Below, in pieces: positions 50,531 to 64,000 of a stretch of DNA of 64,000 nt. Each line of letters begins with the position of its first letter. Position 1 is the stretch's first letter. The position numbers and the translations under genes were made by a program. Source of the stretch: Camelus ferus (lineage: Eukaryota); the NCBI RefSeq assembly GCF_009834535.1, contig NC_045696.1, forward strand, positions 72,666,001 through 72,730,000, in the 5' to 3' direction. The notes beneath the pieces were generated by a model. The model was given only the letters and a program-made list of their open reading frames with translations. It was not told where the DNA came from and made no database searches.

Positions 50531-53149
50531 TCGTAGGTTTTTTTCTTTAACTGTTACTAGGTATATTAACCCTACTTGACAGATTCTTTGTCGTCAATCT
50601 TTGAGAAGTAATTTTGAGCACCTATTTTTTCCCCCAAAGCTACTTCTTGGTAGCCAGTTAAAGGATATTCCTATCCTTGTTTATTTCTTGCCATCGTTGG
50701 TTCTTTCTTAGGTTGCAAAGAAATCATCCCATAGAATAATAATAGTTTCCTGAATTTATACACCAGTTTTCTCTGCATCCCTGTGGCTTTTTAGATCGGG
50801 TGAACCACATCTGAACTATAGTCAGCAGTGTGCAGTGATGGTGGCCAGGTTATTATTATCCCCATCTCACGTGAGAGGACTGTGACTCACAGAGGGCAGG
50901 TGGAAGCCTGTGCCGCAGGTGGCACAGCGCACGGAGGGCGTTCTGACCTCAGAACCTGGTTCACCACCAGACCCGTACCAGCCCCATTAGCCATCCACAC
51001 TTGCCATTTCCTGAACCATCACAGCCTGAAATAATAATAATAATGACTGATTTCTTTCCTATTTTGTAAAGCACTTGGGTACTGTGGTGATAATATTAGA
51101 TGCATATCATGTGGAATGGCAAAAAAGCATCCAGAAGGCAGAAGGCAATTGCAAGTATGCAAAAGGGGGTTACTGACCTGAGAATTCAGTGATAACTAAG
51201 TCCCACTGTGCCAGCATTATGTAAATATATAACTAGGTGGAATTTTGTCCAAACATTTCTTAATTATTACAAATTACCATTGCATGTTTAAGGTCAACAT
51301 TTCCAAGAGGGTTTTGGGAAGGACTTGCACATTTGTAATTGGAGCTTGTAGCTAAAAATATTTTCTTGGAACCCAAGCATCTCGAAGCTTTTGAGGTGCT
51401 CTTGGGTTTGCAACTTGAAATTGCCGATAAAATCTAGAGCATTTGGATAAAAATGATAGATGATGAAATCTAGAATTGTAGGCTGTGAAACTTAAAAGCA
51501 GTATTAGAGGTAATCTAGTTTGATAATCTCTCCACTCATTTTTACATGTGAGAAAACTGTGGCTCAGAGAGATTATTTATTCAGGTTTGCATCGATTATT
51601 CATTTTAATAATAATTATTATTCCATAATCAGGTTGCCAGATTCCAAATCCACTGAACTTTCCATTTAATTATACTGAGTTTATGAAATAAGTAAATTAA
51701 AGATTAGCAATAATGCTAACACAGCATCACTTAGGAAAGCTCACCTCCATATTATAATTTATTTTCCAACTTTATAATTTATCTGAGAGGCTTTACATAT
51801 TCATTCACTACATGTTTATGATCAATTCAAAATTATATAGATTATTCAATTATATTTTTCTTTTAATCCAGCCCTTCAAACAATTAGATTTGCTTTGGGT
51901 TCTCCCAGAAAATAGAATTTAAGTTTTAGTGAAGTTCTTTCAACTCTAGACATCATGTCTAGACACCTTCAGTTTTGTGTTTCTGCACATACTAGGATCT
52001 TTGATGGTCCCTTGCGTCACATTTTGTATTTCTACCTGTCTGAGTCTCCCTAAACCTCACTCCCAGGGGGTGGCGTTGTTTTTCCCTCCACATCCATGCC
52101 AGATAGAGCCTTTTGCTCCTTTAAGCCCACTGGAAAGCTGTTAATAATATCCAAACCAATTTACATGCTTTATTTCTCCATTTCATCTAAGCCTTTTCTC
52201 AGGGAAGTCTACTTCCATTCATCCATCAGATGCTCATTTGGGGGGGGGTGATTTCTTTAATAAACATATTTTAAAAACAGGTCCTTTACCTCTGAGGAAA
52301 TCAGTGTTTTTATTTAATTTTTAAAAATGATTAATGTTACCAAATAAGGCTCCATCAAAGAGAAATGGTGGCCACCTGTCACACACTGTTGTGTAACCGC
52401 ATTTATCACAGTGAAACCTTGCTCTGGCTTTGCTCGCCCAGCTCACACTGAAACATTAGTGTGGGTCATGTTTTAATACTTAATGTGCATGTGTGTATCT
52501 GTGTGTGTGTTTTGGGCCATTTTCACTTTGTCCACACAGGATAAAAGAAATAATACATGTTTATTTTTTCCCCCTATTTGAGGTCGCTTTCGCTATTTTC
52601 TGAACCACATTTTTCATTTGAGTGCTATGTTCAATTCACTTTGATAAGAGATCATTCTCCTGTTTTCATATCTCACTGCCAAAAGGGACTGCTGGTTATC
52701 TCTGATTGCAGGCAATTCGAACTTTAAGTAAGCCTGTCTTTATCAACTACTGTTTTAACAGCTGATTAATTAGTGCTGCGGAGATCCCGGGGAGACCTTT
52801 ATCTGAAGAGCAGTTCAACCATTAGCAAAGGAAACTTCCTTGTGCACCAGCAGCTCAGATAACAAGGTAAGATAATAGTTTACAGTCCTTCTCTGGCTAA
52901 TGCAAACACAAGCACTCCCTCTTATCCCAACACAGAGGCCAGGGAGAAACGCTCAGCCAAACTCTTAAAATTCACTGGCCGAAACTGGTCATTTTTGCGA
53001 GTACTTTTTAGACTAGCACCTTATAGTTATACAGAACACCTGGCACTTGGAAGCGTGAATGATATTGACGAGCTACTGGCTATTTGCAAGAGGAAATCAA
53101 GCCCCAGTAGGATTCAGCAAAGAGCATGGCAGGATTTGTCTTATCAGTT

Positions 53150-53350
53150 GAGAGTTAGTCTGTGGGCCTGCAGCCAGCCCTCACGTGAGCATTTTACTCT
53201 CGGATGAGCCACTTACCCTCCCTGTAACTCAGTTGCCTTCCCTATAAAATGGAGCCAATAATAGTGCCTGGCATTATTGTGAATATTATTGGAGCCAAAG
53301 CGGCCAATGTTCTTAGAATTTGTCTGACACATGAAACTTCGATGTTATTA
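53150..53350 (+). mobile_element. MIR SINE (degenerate)
   Basis: CTCAGTTGCCTTCCCTATAAAATGGAGCCAATAATAGTGCCT. Confidence 0.65.
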
Positions 53351-54819
53351 CCAAGTTAGGAAAGATGCAAATAGTTTCGGTTCTTCAAATCCTAATAGAA
53401 TTAACCAGAGGTAATGAAATATAAGCAGACAAGATATGGGGCTGTGACTGGGCATAGACTATTAAAACTATCACCACCTCCACCACTATAAATGACCTCT
53501 ACCAGCAGCAACTATCTAATCATTATAATGGAAATTAATGTTATTTCTGAGCACAATACTCCTTCCCCTGGATTGGCCTCCTACTAGTGCTAGGAATGTG
53601 GGTTTGACTCACTTGACTTTCTACCCCTTGGGATTTCCTCAAAGGCTCTGGCCCTTGTTCTGAACCTTTCTCTCCCATCACATTGTAAGAAGCAAGACCC
53701 TTGCCTCAGTCATGTTTGCATCCCGTCTCCTAAAAAAGCTTAGCACATAGTAGGAAGCCCATAAGAGTAGCACTGGTAGGAGGCCAATCCAGGGGGAGGA
53801 GTATTGTTGAAATTAATCAGTTCAGAATATTCACAAGAGTTGATTAAAAAAAATTATTGTTACTGCTAAGAGATAGAATGTGATTTAACCAGACTGGAAA
53901 AGCCCTGTTTTGTTGGTTGAACAGATGAGAACAACTGAGACTATTTCAAGGCTAAGTCAGAGAAAAGCCCAAGGCAGCCTTTGGAAAGAAGTGGAATAGG
54001 CCAAGCAACTGTTAAGAATTAGAGGCTCATCACATTTAAGAAAAGGCAGGATGTCATCTGTACTTAAGATTGTGTTTTTCCTTCATAAGACAGTGAACGG
54101 TCTATCGAAGTGAGTCAACAATGCTTTTTTGAATATAACTGCAATTAATTTTAAATGTGAAACATCAAGCCATTTTTGGAGAGCATAGATTCTAGTATAA
54201 ACTGTGGCTCTTAATTCTTCTAAAACTAACTAGGAAATTCAAAACCACTTTTCCTGCTAAATTTTTCAGAAGACCCACCTCTGGTCACCTCGTGGCAGAC
54301 AGATCAAAGGAACTAATTGATCCCCTTAGGACATATCCCCAAACGTCAATCCCTCAGCTGAGAAGGAAATGTCACATCAATTATGGAGGAAAGTTGGCAG
54401 GACACTGGAATTAGGACTGGGCTATGGGACTTGAGGAACTTGTTCAGCTATTGCATAAACATTTATGGCATACCTAACATGGACAAGGCCCTGGGGGATA
54501 CAGAGATGAGCCTCACGTGCCCTTTCCCTCCAGGGGTATCCAGTTACATCATAAATAACAAGAAGGTGGAAAGTGTTGAGTGCCATAAAGGATGTGGCCA
54601 GTAAGGTGCTGGGGGAGCAGGTGATCTGTCCAGGAGCTGGAGTGCTGTCATTAACACTTTCCTTCTGTGGCTTTTCCTGAGGGTGAAAACAGAAGATGTC
54701 ACACCAGATGAAAATGTTTTCTAAGCAATACCAGGAATAAATAATATATTGGTGAAAGAGTTTGTGTGTACAAAAGATGTTTCTTAACACAGAGGATTTA
54801 TTTGCTGAGCTACTATTGC

Positions 54820-55085
54820 AGCTATTAAATAAATCACATAGAATTCTATTTCACAAGGAAAAAAATCATTATATATTACTAAGGTTTTCATGCATGAAAA
54901 CAATTATTTATATCTATGTGTTGGTATGTAACAAACATTTAAAAGCACATATACCAAGAGGTCAAACTAACCGTTGTTACCACTGAGTGGTAGAATTACG
55001 AATGATTGTTTTCACTGAGAATTTCTATTTTCCAAGTTTTCTAAACTATCATATATGACTTTTGTGTTAGCATTAAAAATAAATG
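54820..55085 (+). mobile_element. Old L1ME-like 3' UTR fragment
   Basis: TAACCGTTGTTACCACTGAGTGGTAGAATTACGAATGATT...TATTTTCCAAGTTTTCTA. Confidence 0.6.
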
Positions 55086-55740
55086 AATTTTGATAAAAGC
55101 TCACTATATCCATCCTTTCCAAAAATTGCATTCTCAGAGCCCACAGACTGGTCAATCAGTAGTAGCATTCCACTAGATTGCTTTCATTTGTTCTTGAGAC
55201 AACTTCTCTGGATTGTCCTGCCGTCTTGGCTATGACAGTGACTGAACCTAGCCTGGAAAAAGCCCTACTTCGTTAGTTCTGCCTCCATGTAACTTGAGTT
55301 TTTACCAGTGAATGTTTCTTATTTGGCTTCTCATGGGAATTTTTTCTCTTCACTCTGTTTAAATATTTGTCTGTTTATGTCATAGTTGCCTCTCTTATTT
55401 CCCCAGGGCACCTTGGGGATAACCAGGGTGTGGATGGTGATGGCCATGGTGCTTGACTATAGCTTCAGCCCAGGACTGCTCCCTGGAAGGTGAGCTCCCA
55501 GGGCTCATCCATTGGTGAGGGTCCCAGGTGGCTTGGTTCCTGGAACACGTAGTGGTGATGACCTGCTTAACTGCTGTGGTCCTTCCCCTCCCCATCTGTC
55601 CTCTCTCTTGCCTCACATGATTGTCACTACTTCTCTGGTCAAAGCTCCAATCATGGGAAGTTCTGAGAGGTCCTCAAAACTGGCAAGAGGTGGAGATTTC
55701 TTGGTTATTTGATCTTGTTCAGCCAACCATGAGTGGTCTG

Positions 55741-55913
55741 CAGAACCATCTTCATGGGCCTATAATCTGTATACACAGGGCTCCATGCTTAGGAGGACCA
55801 TGTTCTTAGCTCATGCTCTATTCTTGCTGTCTTAAAATTCTTAATAAATATTGAACAAAGGACCCTGCATTTTCACTTTACACTAGGCCCTGCAAATTAT
55901 GTAGCTGGTCCTG
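55741..55913 (+). mobile_element. MER45A-like hAT-Tip100 MITE
   Basis: CAGAACCATCTTCATGGGC...CTTAAAATTCTTAATAA...GGCCCTGCAAATTATGTAGCTGGTCCTG. The flanks GTGGTCTG and ATGGTTTG form a degenerate 8-bp hAT TSD. Confidence 0.85.
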
Positions 55914-55949
55914 ATGGTTTGAACTCCAACCGGAGCCTTGTTTGGAGAG

Positions 55950-56170
55950 GCGGAGTGAAAAGAGCATGATATTTAAAGTCAGGCAGTTCCATGTTTGAAT
56001 TCCAGCTCTGCCACCAGCTGTGTGATCAAGTTGCTTCATCTTTGAGTCTTAGTTTCCCCATCTGTAAAACAGGTATAGAGATACCTACTTTACAGAGCTG
56101 ATGTTAGAGGTGAACATATGTAAAGCTTCTAATACATTTTAGTCAATAGATACTACTACCAGTATTATTA
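55950..56170 (+). mobile_element. MIR SINE
   Basis: GTTTGAATTCCAGCTCTGCCACCAGCTGTGTGATC...AGTTTCCCCATCTGTAAAACAGG. Confidence 0.85.
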
Positions 56171-56859
56171 TCATCATTATTTTTATTGAATAATTATAGC
56201 TTTAACATCTCTCCCCTCTTTGAGTTCTTGCTCTTTGAGTTTACCATTCACTTGATTAAGGAAACTTAAATTAGTTTATCTAATGCCCAGGCTGGGTGGT
56301 GTCCAGGTCGTCATCTAGTACAGTCTCATGCCAACCCTGAGTGTAGACTCAGCACGTCTCTCTGGCATCCTCCACATGAAGGCTGGGGTAATCCTTCTCC
56401 TCCTAGTTTTTCTGGAGTGTTGACCTAGGGGCTACTGAAAACTTCTACATTTCCCTCCCCTCCTCCCCCAGGTGATAGGGAGTCCTTCTGCAAAACGAAC
56501 TCCTGATGGGTAACTCCAAAATCCCTGGGGTTAGGGTACAGCTTCAGTCCCTTTCCTGTCCTAGCTCTATGAATGCTTTCAGGTCATACTTGATCTCAGA
56601 TCTGCTTTTGTGCTGTTGCCTGAATCTAAAGCTCCGGTGGCAAGACTACTTCCTTGTAGCTTATATGTAATAAGATCTCATCTGTTTCAGAACATTCATG
56701 TCATTGTTATGCCATTTGATCTTTGAAACTATACTAAGAAGGAGTTAGAATGATACCACCATTTTCTCAAAGAAGAGAATGAACACTAGCAAGATAAAGC
56801 AACTTATTCAAGGATACCCAGCAAGCAGATGATAAGCTCAGTGTAGGGAGAATGTCAGT

Positions 56860-57050
56860 CTTATTCATTTAGTCAGTCATTCAGTAACTGTTCATTGACT
56901 ATTGGGCTTTGCGACGGGGACACAAGGGTAACAAAAGAAGACAATGCCCTTACCCTCATGCAGCTTATAATCTGTTTGGGAGTCAGATGTTGAACAGATA
57001 ATCACAACAATAAATGTACAATTTCAGCTGTGATACAGTGCTGGGAAGAA
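56860..57050 (-). mobile_element. L2 3' end fragment
   Basis: ATTCATTTAGTCAGTCATTCAG tail followed by CCCTTACCCTCATGCAGCTTATAATCT. Confidence 0.7.
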
Positions 57051-57714
57051 GAAGCCCCCAGAGCCAGGTTCTGACTGATCAGGAGGTTCCTCAATCAAGT
57101 TGCTTCTTTGATAAAAGCGAGATGCAGCTCTGTGTTTACAAACTTTCATTTCTTTGTCTCTTTATGTGATATTTTAGCTCTCTGAAAGCAAACCAACTTG
57201 TTTTATTGGGTAGATGTAAACAGCTTTAGAGACTTCTTTCCTTTTAGCCATTCTCAACACTAATGTTTTTCCAGGGGAGTGTGCTTTAGTAGAGCGATCT
57301 GAGTCACATGGGTCTCCCCAGGTGGCAGAAAATCGAGAACTATGGGACTGCTTTGACCCTTGGGAATCACTTAACCATCAGAAAAATTTGCCATCTTAAT
57401 CTTGTACACTTGTGCTAGAGCTCCCTGTCCCACAGCACTCACCTACTGGGGCACAAAGGGAGGAGTGGGTACCCATCAGCATTACACCTGCTTCTGAGGA
57501 CCCTCCTTGCTCATTCCATTCTGATCTTATTCTGCTATTTATTTATTTATCAAAAAAAAAAAAAAAGGCGCAACCATTCCCTTGGGCACCATGTAAGACA
57601 CTAGAGACAGAGTTGGATTATCATCTCCCTGGTCCCGGAAGCCTATTGGTCAGACACGAAGCAAACACACGCATGAAAATGTATTTGCAAAATGTGGAAG
57701 TTCTGTGAAGAAAA

Positions 57715-57880
57715 GAGACAGTTACTCAGGGAAAGGATAAGATGGGCCTTAATAAGATCTCTCTGAAAAGAAGGTGATGATTGAGCTGAGATGTGAAGAA
57801 TAAGATAGATTTCATGCAGATAAACCAAAAGGGTTTTCCAGGCAGAGGGAACAGCATATGCAGAGAGGTACAAAAAATAG
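57715..57880 (-). mobile_element. L2 fragment
   Basis: GAAGGTGATGATTGAGCTGAGATGTGAAG...TTCCAGGCAGAGGGAACAGCATATGCAGAG. Confidence 0.75.
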
Positions 57881-58904
57881 AGGGACAGAGAGACAGACAG
57901 ATATGAAGTGCACCTGAAAAGGCAGTTATCGGTGGTATTTTACAAAAGCCTAAATCAAATGCCAACTAAATATCTTCATTCAAGGACAAAGGTACATTTT
58001 AGGTATTTTAAAACTTTCTTTGGGTGTATGCAATTTAACAGATGGCATCCTCACAATGGCCCGTGGTGCTGCAACAATCAGAAAGTTTCCTTTTATTTGG
58101 TTTTGCTTCCATTTATAAAGTGGCTTAAATGTTGAAGGCTGCTTTCCCCACCTTTGGCCTATCCTTTTTTTCCCCCAGACCAATTTTGTACTTTGTATTT
58201 GCAGTCCCGGCCTTTGAAACAGAACTTCTACTTTCTGTCACCACCTCGAGAGGGGAAGCTCTCCATTGCTCTCCGGATTGTCTGAAAGCTCCTATTCTGT
58301 CTGTACCAAGTGATGGCTTCTTTCTCTTGGCCAAGTGCATGTTACTTTAATGTGGTCCTGAGAGCAGTTTTATAATCTGAAGAATAAACAGATTGCTTGT
58401 CAAATTCTCTTTGTTCTATTGTGACCTACTAACATTTACACCGCTTTGCGGAAACACGAGGAAAGGGTTGGTTGCCTACATCAACTATTCCCATTGTAGG
58501 AGAATGTGATTATGCCGGCTTTCAGGCCAGGGGCTGGCACTCCCACATGAAGGCCATAACCAACCCAAGACAGTGGCACTGACTGCTCAGTTGTTATTCA
58601 CAACTTTGAATCACTTTAGAAAATTTCTTTGAAAGAATGGATGCATGGATGAGACTTATTTTTCGTAAAAATTTCCTCCTCTAAAGCCATTGTTTGGGGA
58701 CTCAATTTTTTTCCCTTATTATATTTGGGTAAATGTTAAATATGCATTTCTGAGAATCTATGATTTTTTAAATTATAAAAGCCATGGACATGGAGAAGTG
58801 TTTCTTAGCGATAAAGGAAAGGCTTTTAGAAAATTCTCCAATGGCACTGAGAGGTCACATAGTGCATTGCCCCATCTCAGCTTCATTCCCTCCTCTTTAT
58901 AAAC

Positions 58905-59050
58905 ATTTTCAGCCTTGAAGACCTTCTGATGCAGCCCATTACATCTTTGGACAGCTCAGCTCATTAGGAAACTCTTCCTATCATGGAACCAGGGTCCACC
59001 TTTATTTTCTATCCATTGGCTGCACTCTCCTCTGCACAGGGCAGCACAGA
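58905..59050 (-). mobile_element. L3/CR1-like fragment
   Basis: GCAGCCCATTACATCTTTGGACAGCTC...TTAGGAAACTCTTCCT resembles the CR1 3' region. Confidence 0.45.
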
Positions 59051-62000
59051 CACTTACTCTCCTGAAATTATTGTTGAGGAAAGAATAGCGAACTCAATTT
59101 CTCCAGGCATCTGGTTTGAATTAGCTATTTCAGAAACCCTTTTCTCATAACGGGCACCAAATTTCTTTATAATTAAAAAACCCCCACATTTTCACCATAC
59201 AAAAGCAAAAAATCCCAACATCTTAATGTAGAGAATGTTCCAATACTGTCTTGTTCTAGGGAGGCAACTTTCCCTCTAATGGCTTTAAGAAGAAAAACTA
59301 ACATTTTTCTGAATATAGTGATTTGATTTTTTTTTTCTTTCCATGATAGCATGTTGGAATTATAGGAAAATATGGGGACTTAGAATGTGCCGGAGTGAAC
59401 AGTGAGACCCAATGATCTCTGCTACCTGCAGACTGGATGCCATCATGGCTTTGCCCTTTCTAACGCCCCACTAGCACAGTCCATCCCCAAAGAACCCGTG
59501 ATTGCTGGTCCAAATAATTGCTGGGCTTAGCTGCCAGATTCATTCAGAAATTGCTGGTATTGTCCTCTGTAAAATGATCTGTCCCTATGATCTCCTTCTC
59601 TTTTCAGCAAACCAGAATCCTGGATATAATTTGATCTTCATTATGGAGAGGGAAGCCGCATCAGATAATAGGAGACCCGAAGAGTTTAAGTAACAGAGGC
59701 TCAACCTCACAGTCCCCATCCGGCTCGGCTCCCCAGCCCAGGCTGTTGTTTGTGGCTCAAGTTAATTTGATAGGACCTGGGGAAAGAATATTTCGAGTCC
59801 AAGACCTGAGGCTATGGGCTTTCCCTCTCTAAACACCCATCCACCAAATCTACCGAAATCTTAGATTCACATCTCACAAAGGGAGATGCCAAGACTGCTT
59901 CTTTGCGCAAGTAATGCATCTCTCCCTGTAATGCCTGCCTCCAGAAACCTCCAGGTAGCAATTTGCCACATCCTCTGCATTTGACAGAGGGCTAGGAATT
60001 AGAGGAGGTGTTTTGCTCTCCTGTCACTTGTCTCCTCACAGTATAATTATCTGAGTTCCTAGGTGCTGCAGTGATACGTGAAGAAATCCAAAGAAGAAAT
60101 ACAATCTGTCTTCATTGTCTTTTGTCATTAGCCCTCGATTAAATATTTCTTACCCTGGGCTAAGGTCGCACGGGGTGGAACAAGCCATGGGCTCCAAACC
60201 AGAAGAGGTGAGTCCCAATCTCTCTTCCTCATATATTAGCTGTGTGTCTTTACTCACATCACTCACCCTCTCTGAGGTTTGATGTTTTCCTTTATAAAAC
60301 CAGAGGACAGACCAGATTACTTCTGAAATTCCTCCTGGGCTGATTTTTTTTTTTTTTAAACTCTGTGACTATAATTTATACTCAAAACCATGATAGAAAA
60401 AGTACTCTAAATACTAAGTGCAGGCAGTTACAATCAGTTGCTGATGACCTGTTGAGCTTTCTTCCACAAGGTAATTTTTAATTTTGCCTGCCCATTTGAA
60501 ATGTTAGGGAGGTGGCGGGAATTCAAGCAGTATTTTTTATGTAAACACAATAATCTTTTTGTTGTTGGGAGCACCTCAGGAAATATTTTGAAGCAAGCTA
60601 TGTACTTCACAGTCTTTCTAATTAAATTCTGAGAAATTGGCTTGCTTTATGGGCATATTTCTCATATCTGAGTGTGCCTAAAAAGCAGTGAGATTAGTTT
60701 CCAAAAGCCACACCCGAAGAAGTCTTGTCGTGCGTCCTACTTCATGCCCTCCTTTCCAAAGGAAGGACATATTTTAAGAATGGATAGAAATTTGTAGGTC
60801 ATTTATTCCCTATACTCCTCCTCTTTTTGTTACCTACAGAGAAAACAAGTAAGAAAACAAACAAACAAAAATAAAAACAGACTTCCACAATTAAATCCAG
60901 GTCTTAAGTAATAATCTCATTTTGTATTTGAATAGTGCTTTAAAATTAAAGTATTTTCACATAAATTATTTTACTAGCTTCTCGCATTGCCCTTGTGAAG
61001 TACAGAGGAGCACAGTATTATCTCCATTTTATAAGTCAAGAAACAAAAGCTTGGCAGTAAAACTTCTAAGAGAAAGGAGACATGGACCCTGGATCTTGGG
61101 CTGAAGCCCAAATGCCATCAAAGAAATGCCATTTCTTTCAGAGAAGACATTAGCATTTAGGGAACATGGCATTAATCTTGCCTTTCCTGAAATGAAGAGT
61201 CATCAAACAAATCTTAAAGGCAAAGTCCTAGGTCTCAGGTGGCTTGTGTCCCTTGCATGGCATCAAGCACCCATGGACCTTCCGTTTAAGGCGTTTCGAA
61301 GGGGATTGCTGATAATTATGACTGTGCCTAACAAGCACAGCCTGTGGTATACACAGAGGAAACCACATCCAAAGCTCTGAATGAGTGTCTAGAAATTCCA
61401 TGCAACCAGCCTGGTAGATTTTCTAGGCTGCTGACAGTGACTAAAATCATTGTGTCCTTCCGAGGAGAAGATGCTGTTGTACGAAATACAGCTTTGATGC
61501 ACTCAAATGACTAAAAACTTCGAGAATGGGTCACCTTTTCCATGTGAATTTTAGGTTGGCAAATAAGTGCCAGGTCCACAGGTGCGTAGGGTGGTTTGGG
61601 ATCTCTCCTGTCTCCTAAGATCCCTGGACCCAAGTGGCAAGGTCAGGGTGGCAGTCACCTTTGAAGAGTTCACAGGTGTAATCCAACAGCCTAAAGAGCC
61701 ACCTCCTGTCGTTTGAGTGACCCCAGCACCCCTCCTGCAGGTCACCATACACTTCCTCGCTTGAGGCTCCTGCACAATCCACGCAAGCTGTGAAACGATT
61801 CCTTTCCATGAAGCCCTGGAACAAAGGAGTTCACTCTGCTCTCTGGTAAGCCTTGCTGAGCTATCTAGAATTGTGGTTTGAGCGCCACGGCCTTGAACCT
61901 TTGGCAAACAATATCATTTCTTTCAAATGAAGATAATAGCTAGCAGGGCTACTCTTGTTATTACTTTCTCTTTCACTCTTTTTTTCTCTGTGGATGTTTC

Positions 62001-62489
62001 AAGGTTTTGGAGGCAGGAAAAAAAAAAAAAAATCCAGGTTTGCAGGTCAGTAGTAACAACTTTGGACAAAACTTCTTCAATAAAGCTTCACACAATTTGA
62101 TTTAGCCTATTTGAAAGCAATAACTTGCAGAGACAAGTAACATCTTGCAAAACCTGTTGGCCGTTCAGCTTTGTCATCTGATTTCTTAAGGAAAATACCA
62201 AGTAGTTTTAGATTTTTAACACCCTCTGTTTCATGGTGCCTTAGCAAAGTAAAATATTTCAGGAAAGTTCGGTACTAGGAGAAACCCGTGTTAAAGATTT
62301 AGTTAGTGAAAAGAGATATAATTCATAGGGCAGAGCTAGAAGTTACATGAATGGAGTCTGGACTTCACCATGAAATCGCTGAGTTTCAGAACCCCTCAAG
62401 TATCTCTGACTGGGGAAAATTCGGGTTGATTTAATTTCTTGGAATGCATCAAACCGGTAAAGACTTGCAGTAAGACTATGTATCATGGG

Positions 62490-62750
62490 CTATTAGAGAT
62501 CAGAGGGTCTTTATGTGCCTTTTAGTCCAAACTGCCATATGATACAGGAATCTCCTCTATAATGGCCCCGTCTCTGCTTGAACACCTCCAGTGATGGAGA
62601 GCTCATGCCTTCATGAGGCAGCTCTCTGTGTTGAATAATTTTGATTTTTGGAAATTTCTTCCTTGAGCTAGAGCTCACTTTTAACTCCTTTCTGCGTCTG
62701 GCCTCCAGAATATGGTGAATTAATTAATTTCCTCTTCCACTTGACATCAC
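62490..62750 (-). mobile_element. L3/CR1-like fragment
   Basis: CTCTGCTTGAACACCTCCAGTGATGGAGAGCTCA...GGAAATTTCTTCCTT. Confidence 0.65.
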
Positions 62751-63019
62751 ATTTGGAGACAAATGTAATAATAACCTTGAATACTTGCTTCTCTGAGATA
62801 AATAGCCCTCTAAAATAGAAAGTTGTCTCCTAGGCTCCCAGAACTTTGATTTAAAAAACAAAAAATATTTGGATAATTGGAGAGACAGTCAATGTCCTTG
62901 GTCAAGATTTAATATGTTAAGGATGTCTGTTTCCCTATGGGAATCTATAAGTTCTATGTGATCCCAATCAATAAATATGTAAATTATAAACAATATGGGT
63001 TTTTTTCTAGAGCTGTCAA

Positions 63020-64000
63020 AACTCATTTGACTTACTCTAGGCTTACTATATATGAAGCACTCCTCCAGCTACTGTGTATACATCCACGTGACAGACAAAA
63101 TCACTTATTCATGAGGTTTACAGTCTAGTGGAGAAAGATCAAAAATACTTATCATTTAAGAAAGCTGTAGTGAAATGAAGACAATTTAACAGGGCAGTAG
63201 GGTAGAGAATGACTGGGTGATGTGTATTTAGCCTGGGTAGGTGCGGAAGCCTCTGGCAGAGACCACATGTGAGCTAAAACCTTAAGGATGGGAGTCAGCC
63301 CTGCGACCCACAGGGAGAGGAATCCTCCCAACAGAGGGACCAGCAAAAGCAAAGGCCCTGAGACTGTGCACCGTGTTTAAAGGACTGCAAGGAGGCCAGA
63401 GGCGTAAGAGTGGAGGGGTGAGGACGAGGTTGACATGTGAGGTGGTCAGCCAACCAGCGCCCGGTTCTGTAGAGCCTGCACTTTGAAGTAAGCAGCTGGA
63501 TTTCAGCAGAAATGTAAGCTGGGCAGTGATAGGGTCTGATTTGAGAAGATCACTCTGTCTGTAAAGAATCTGTAAAGAATCACTCTGTTGTGTAAAGAAT
63601 CAACTATGGAGGGGAGGCAAGGATGGAAACAGAGAAACCAGCCAGTGGGCCAGGACTGGGAGGATGACAGCTTAAGCTACAGCAGTGGCAGATGAGATGG
63701 GGGAAGAGAGAGGACTTTGTGTTGCCTTCTGGAAGTAACACTGACAGAGCTTGCTGATGGATTGAATAAAGAGTGTGAGGGGAAGCGAGGGGCCAAAGAC
63801 AATGCCAGAGTTTATGTTCTCAGCATGAGGGAGCGGGTCGTGCTGCCTTTTGCACCTCTGGTTAAGACTACCGGGGCAACAAATGGAAACTGGGGGCCAG
63901 ACACAAGAGTTTTGTCTTGGGCATGTTAAGTGTGCATTGTCTATGAGACACCCAGGGACAGATGTGTGTAGACCATGGGAGATGTGTGCGTGTGGAACTC
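63020..64000 (-). mobile_element. L2 (L2a-like) 3' portion, ~1 kb, running off the window
   Basis: CATGAGGTTTACAGTCTAGTGGAG, CAGCAAAAGCAAAGGCCCTGAG, AAGATCACTCTG, CTTGCTGATGGATTGAA, GGGCATGTTAAGTGTG...GAGACACCCAGG. Confidence 0.85.

Noticed and set aside
1..64000. Prokaryotic-type systems (CRISPR arrays, operons, defence islands) or an intact endogenous virus
   Set aside because: The sequence is eutherian non-coding DNA with no regularly spaced repeat-spacer array, no gene-dense region and no gag/pol/env frames.

Overview
Mammalian non-coding genomic DNA, AT-rich and almost certainly camelid, because it carries two young Vic-1-type tRNA-derived SINEs with intact target-site duplications (TSDs). 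There is no supportable multi-exon protein-coding gene body. The long ORFs in the track are chance, microsatellite or repeat-derived frames. The left end (~1-5 kb) is a transposon-poor, CpG-retaining promoter zone. It holds a minus-strand first exon ending ...AAATATG|GTAACT, so the exon would contribute only the start codon. From memory this fits the alternative first exon of NFIA (the isoform beginning M-DEFHPF), which would make the window about 60 kb of NFIA upstream regulatory DNA. That assignment is recalled, not verified. The rest is old eutherian repeats (many MIR, L2, L3/CR1, L1M, MLT1 LTRs, MER5/MER45A/MER119/MER113-like hAT elements), a retroposed U6 snRNA pseudogene, microsatellites, and several unique motif-dense segments: a second CCAAT/GC-box promoter near 41.4 kb, a SOX/homeobox cluster near 41.85 kb and a GATA cluster near 52.7 kb. 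Repeat family names come from recalled consensus sequences and boundaries are approximate. I found no evidence of a new biological system; the best leads are regulatory and splicing candidates.
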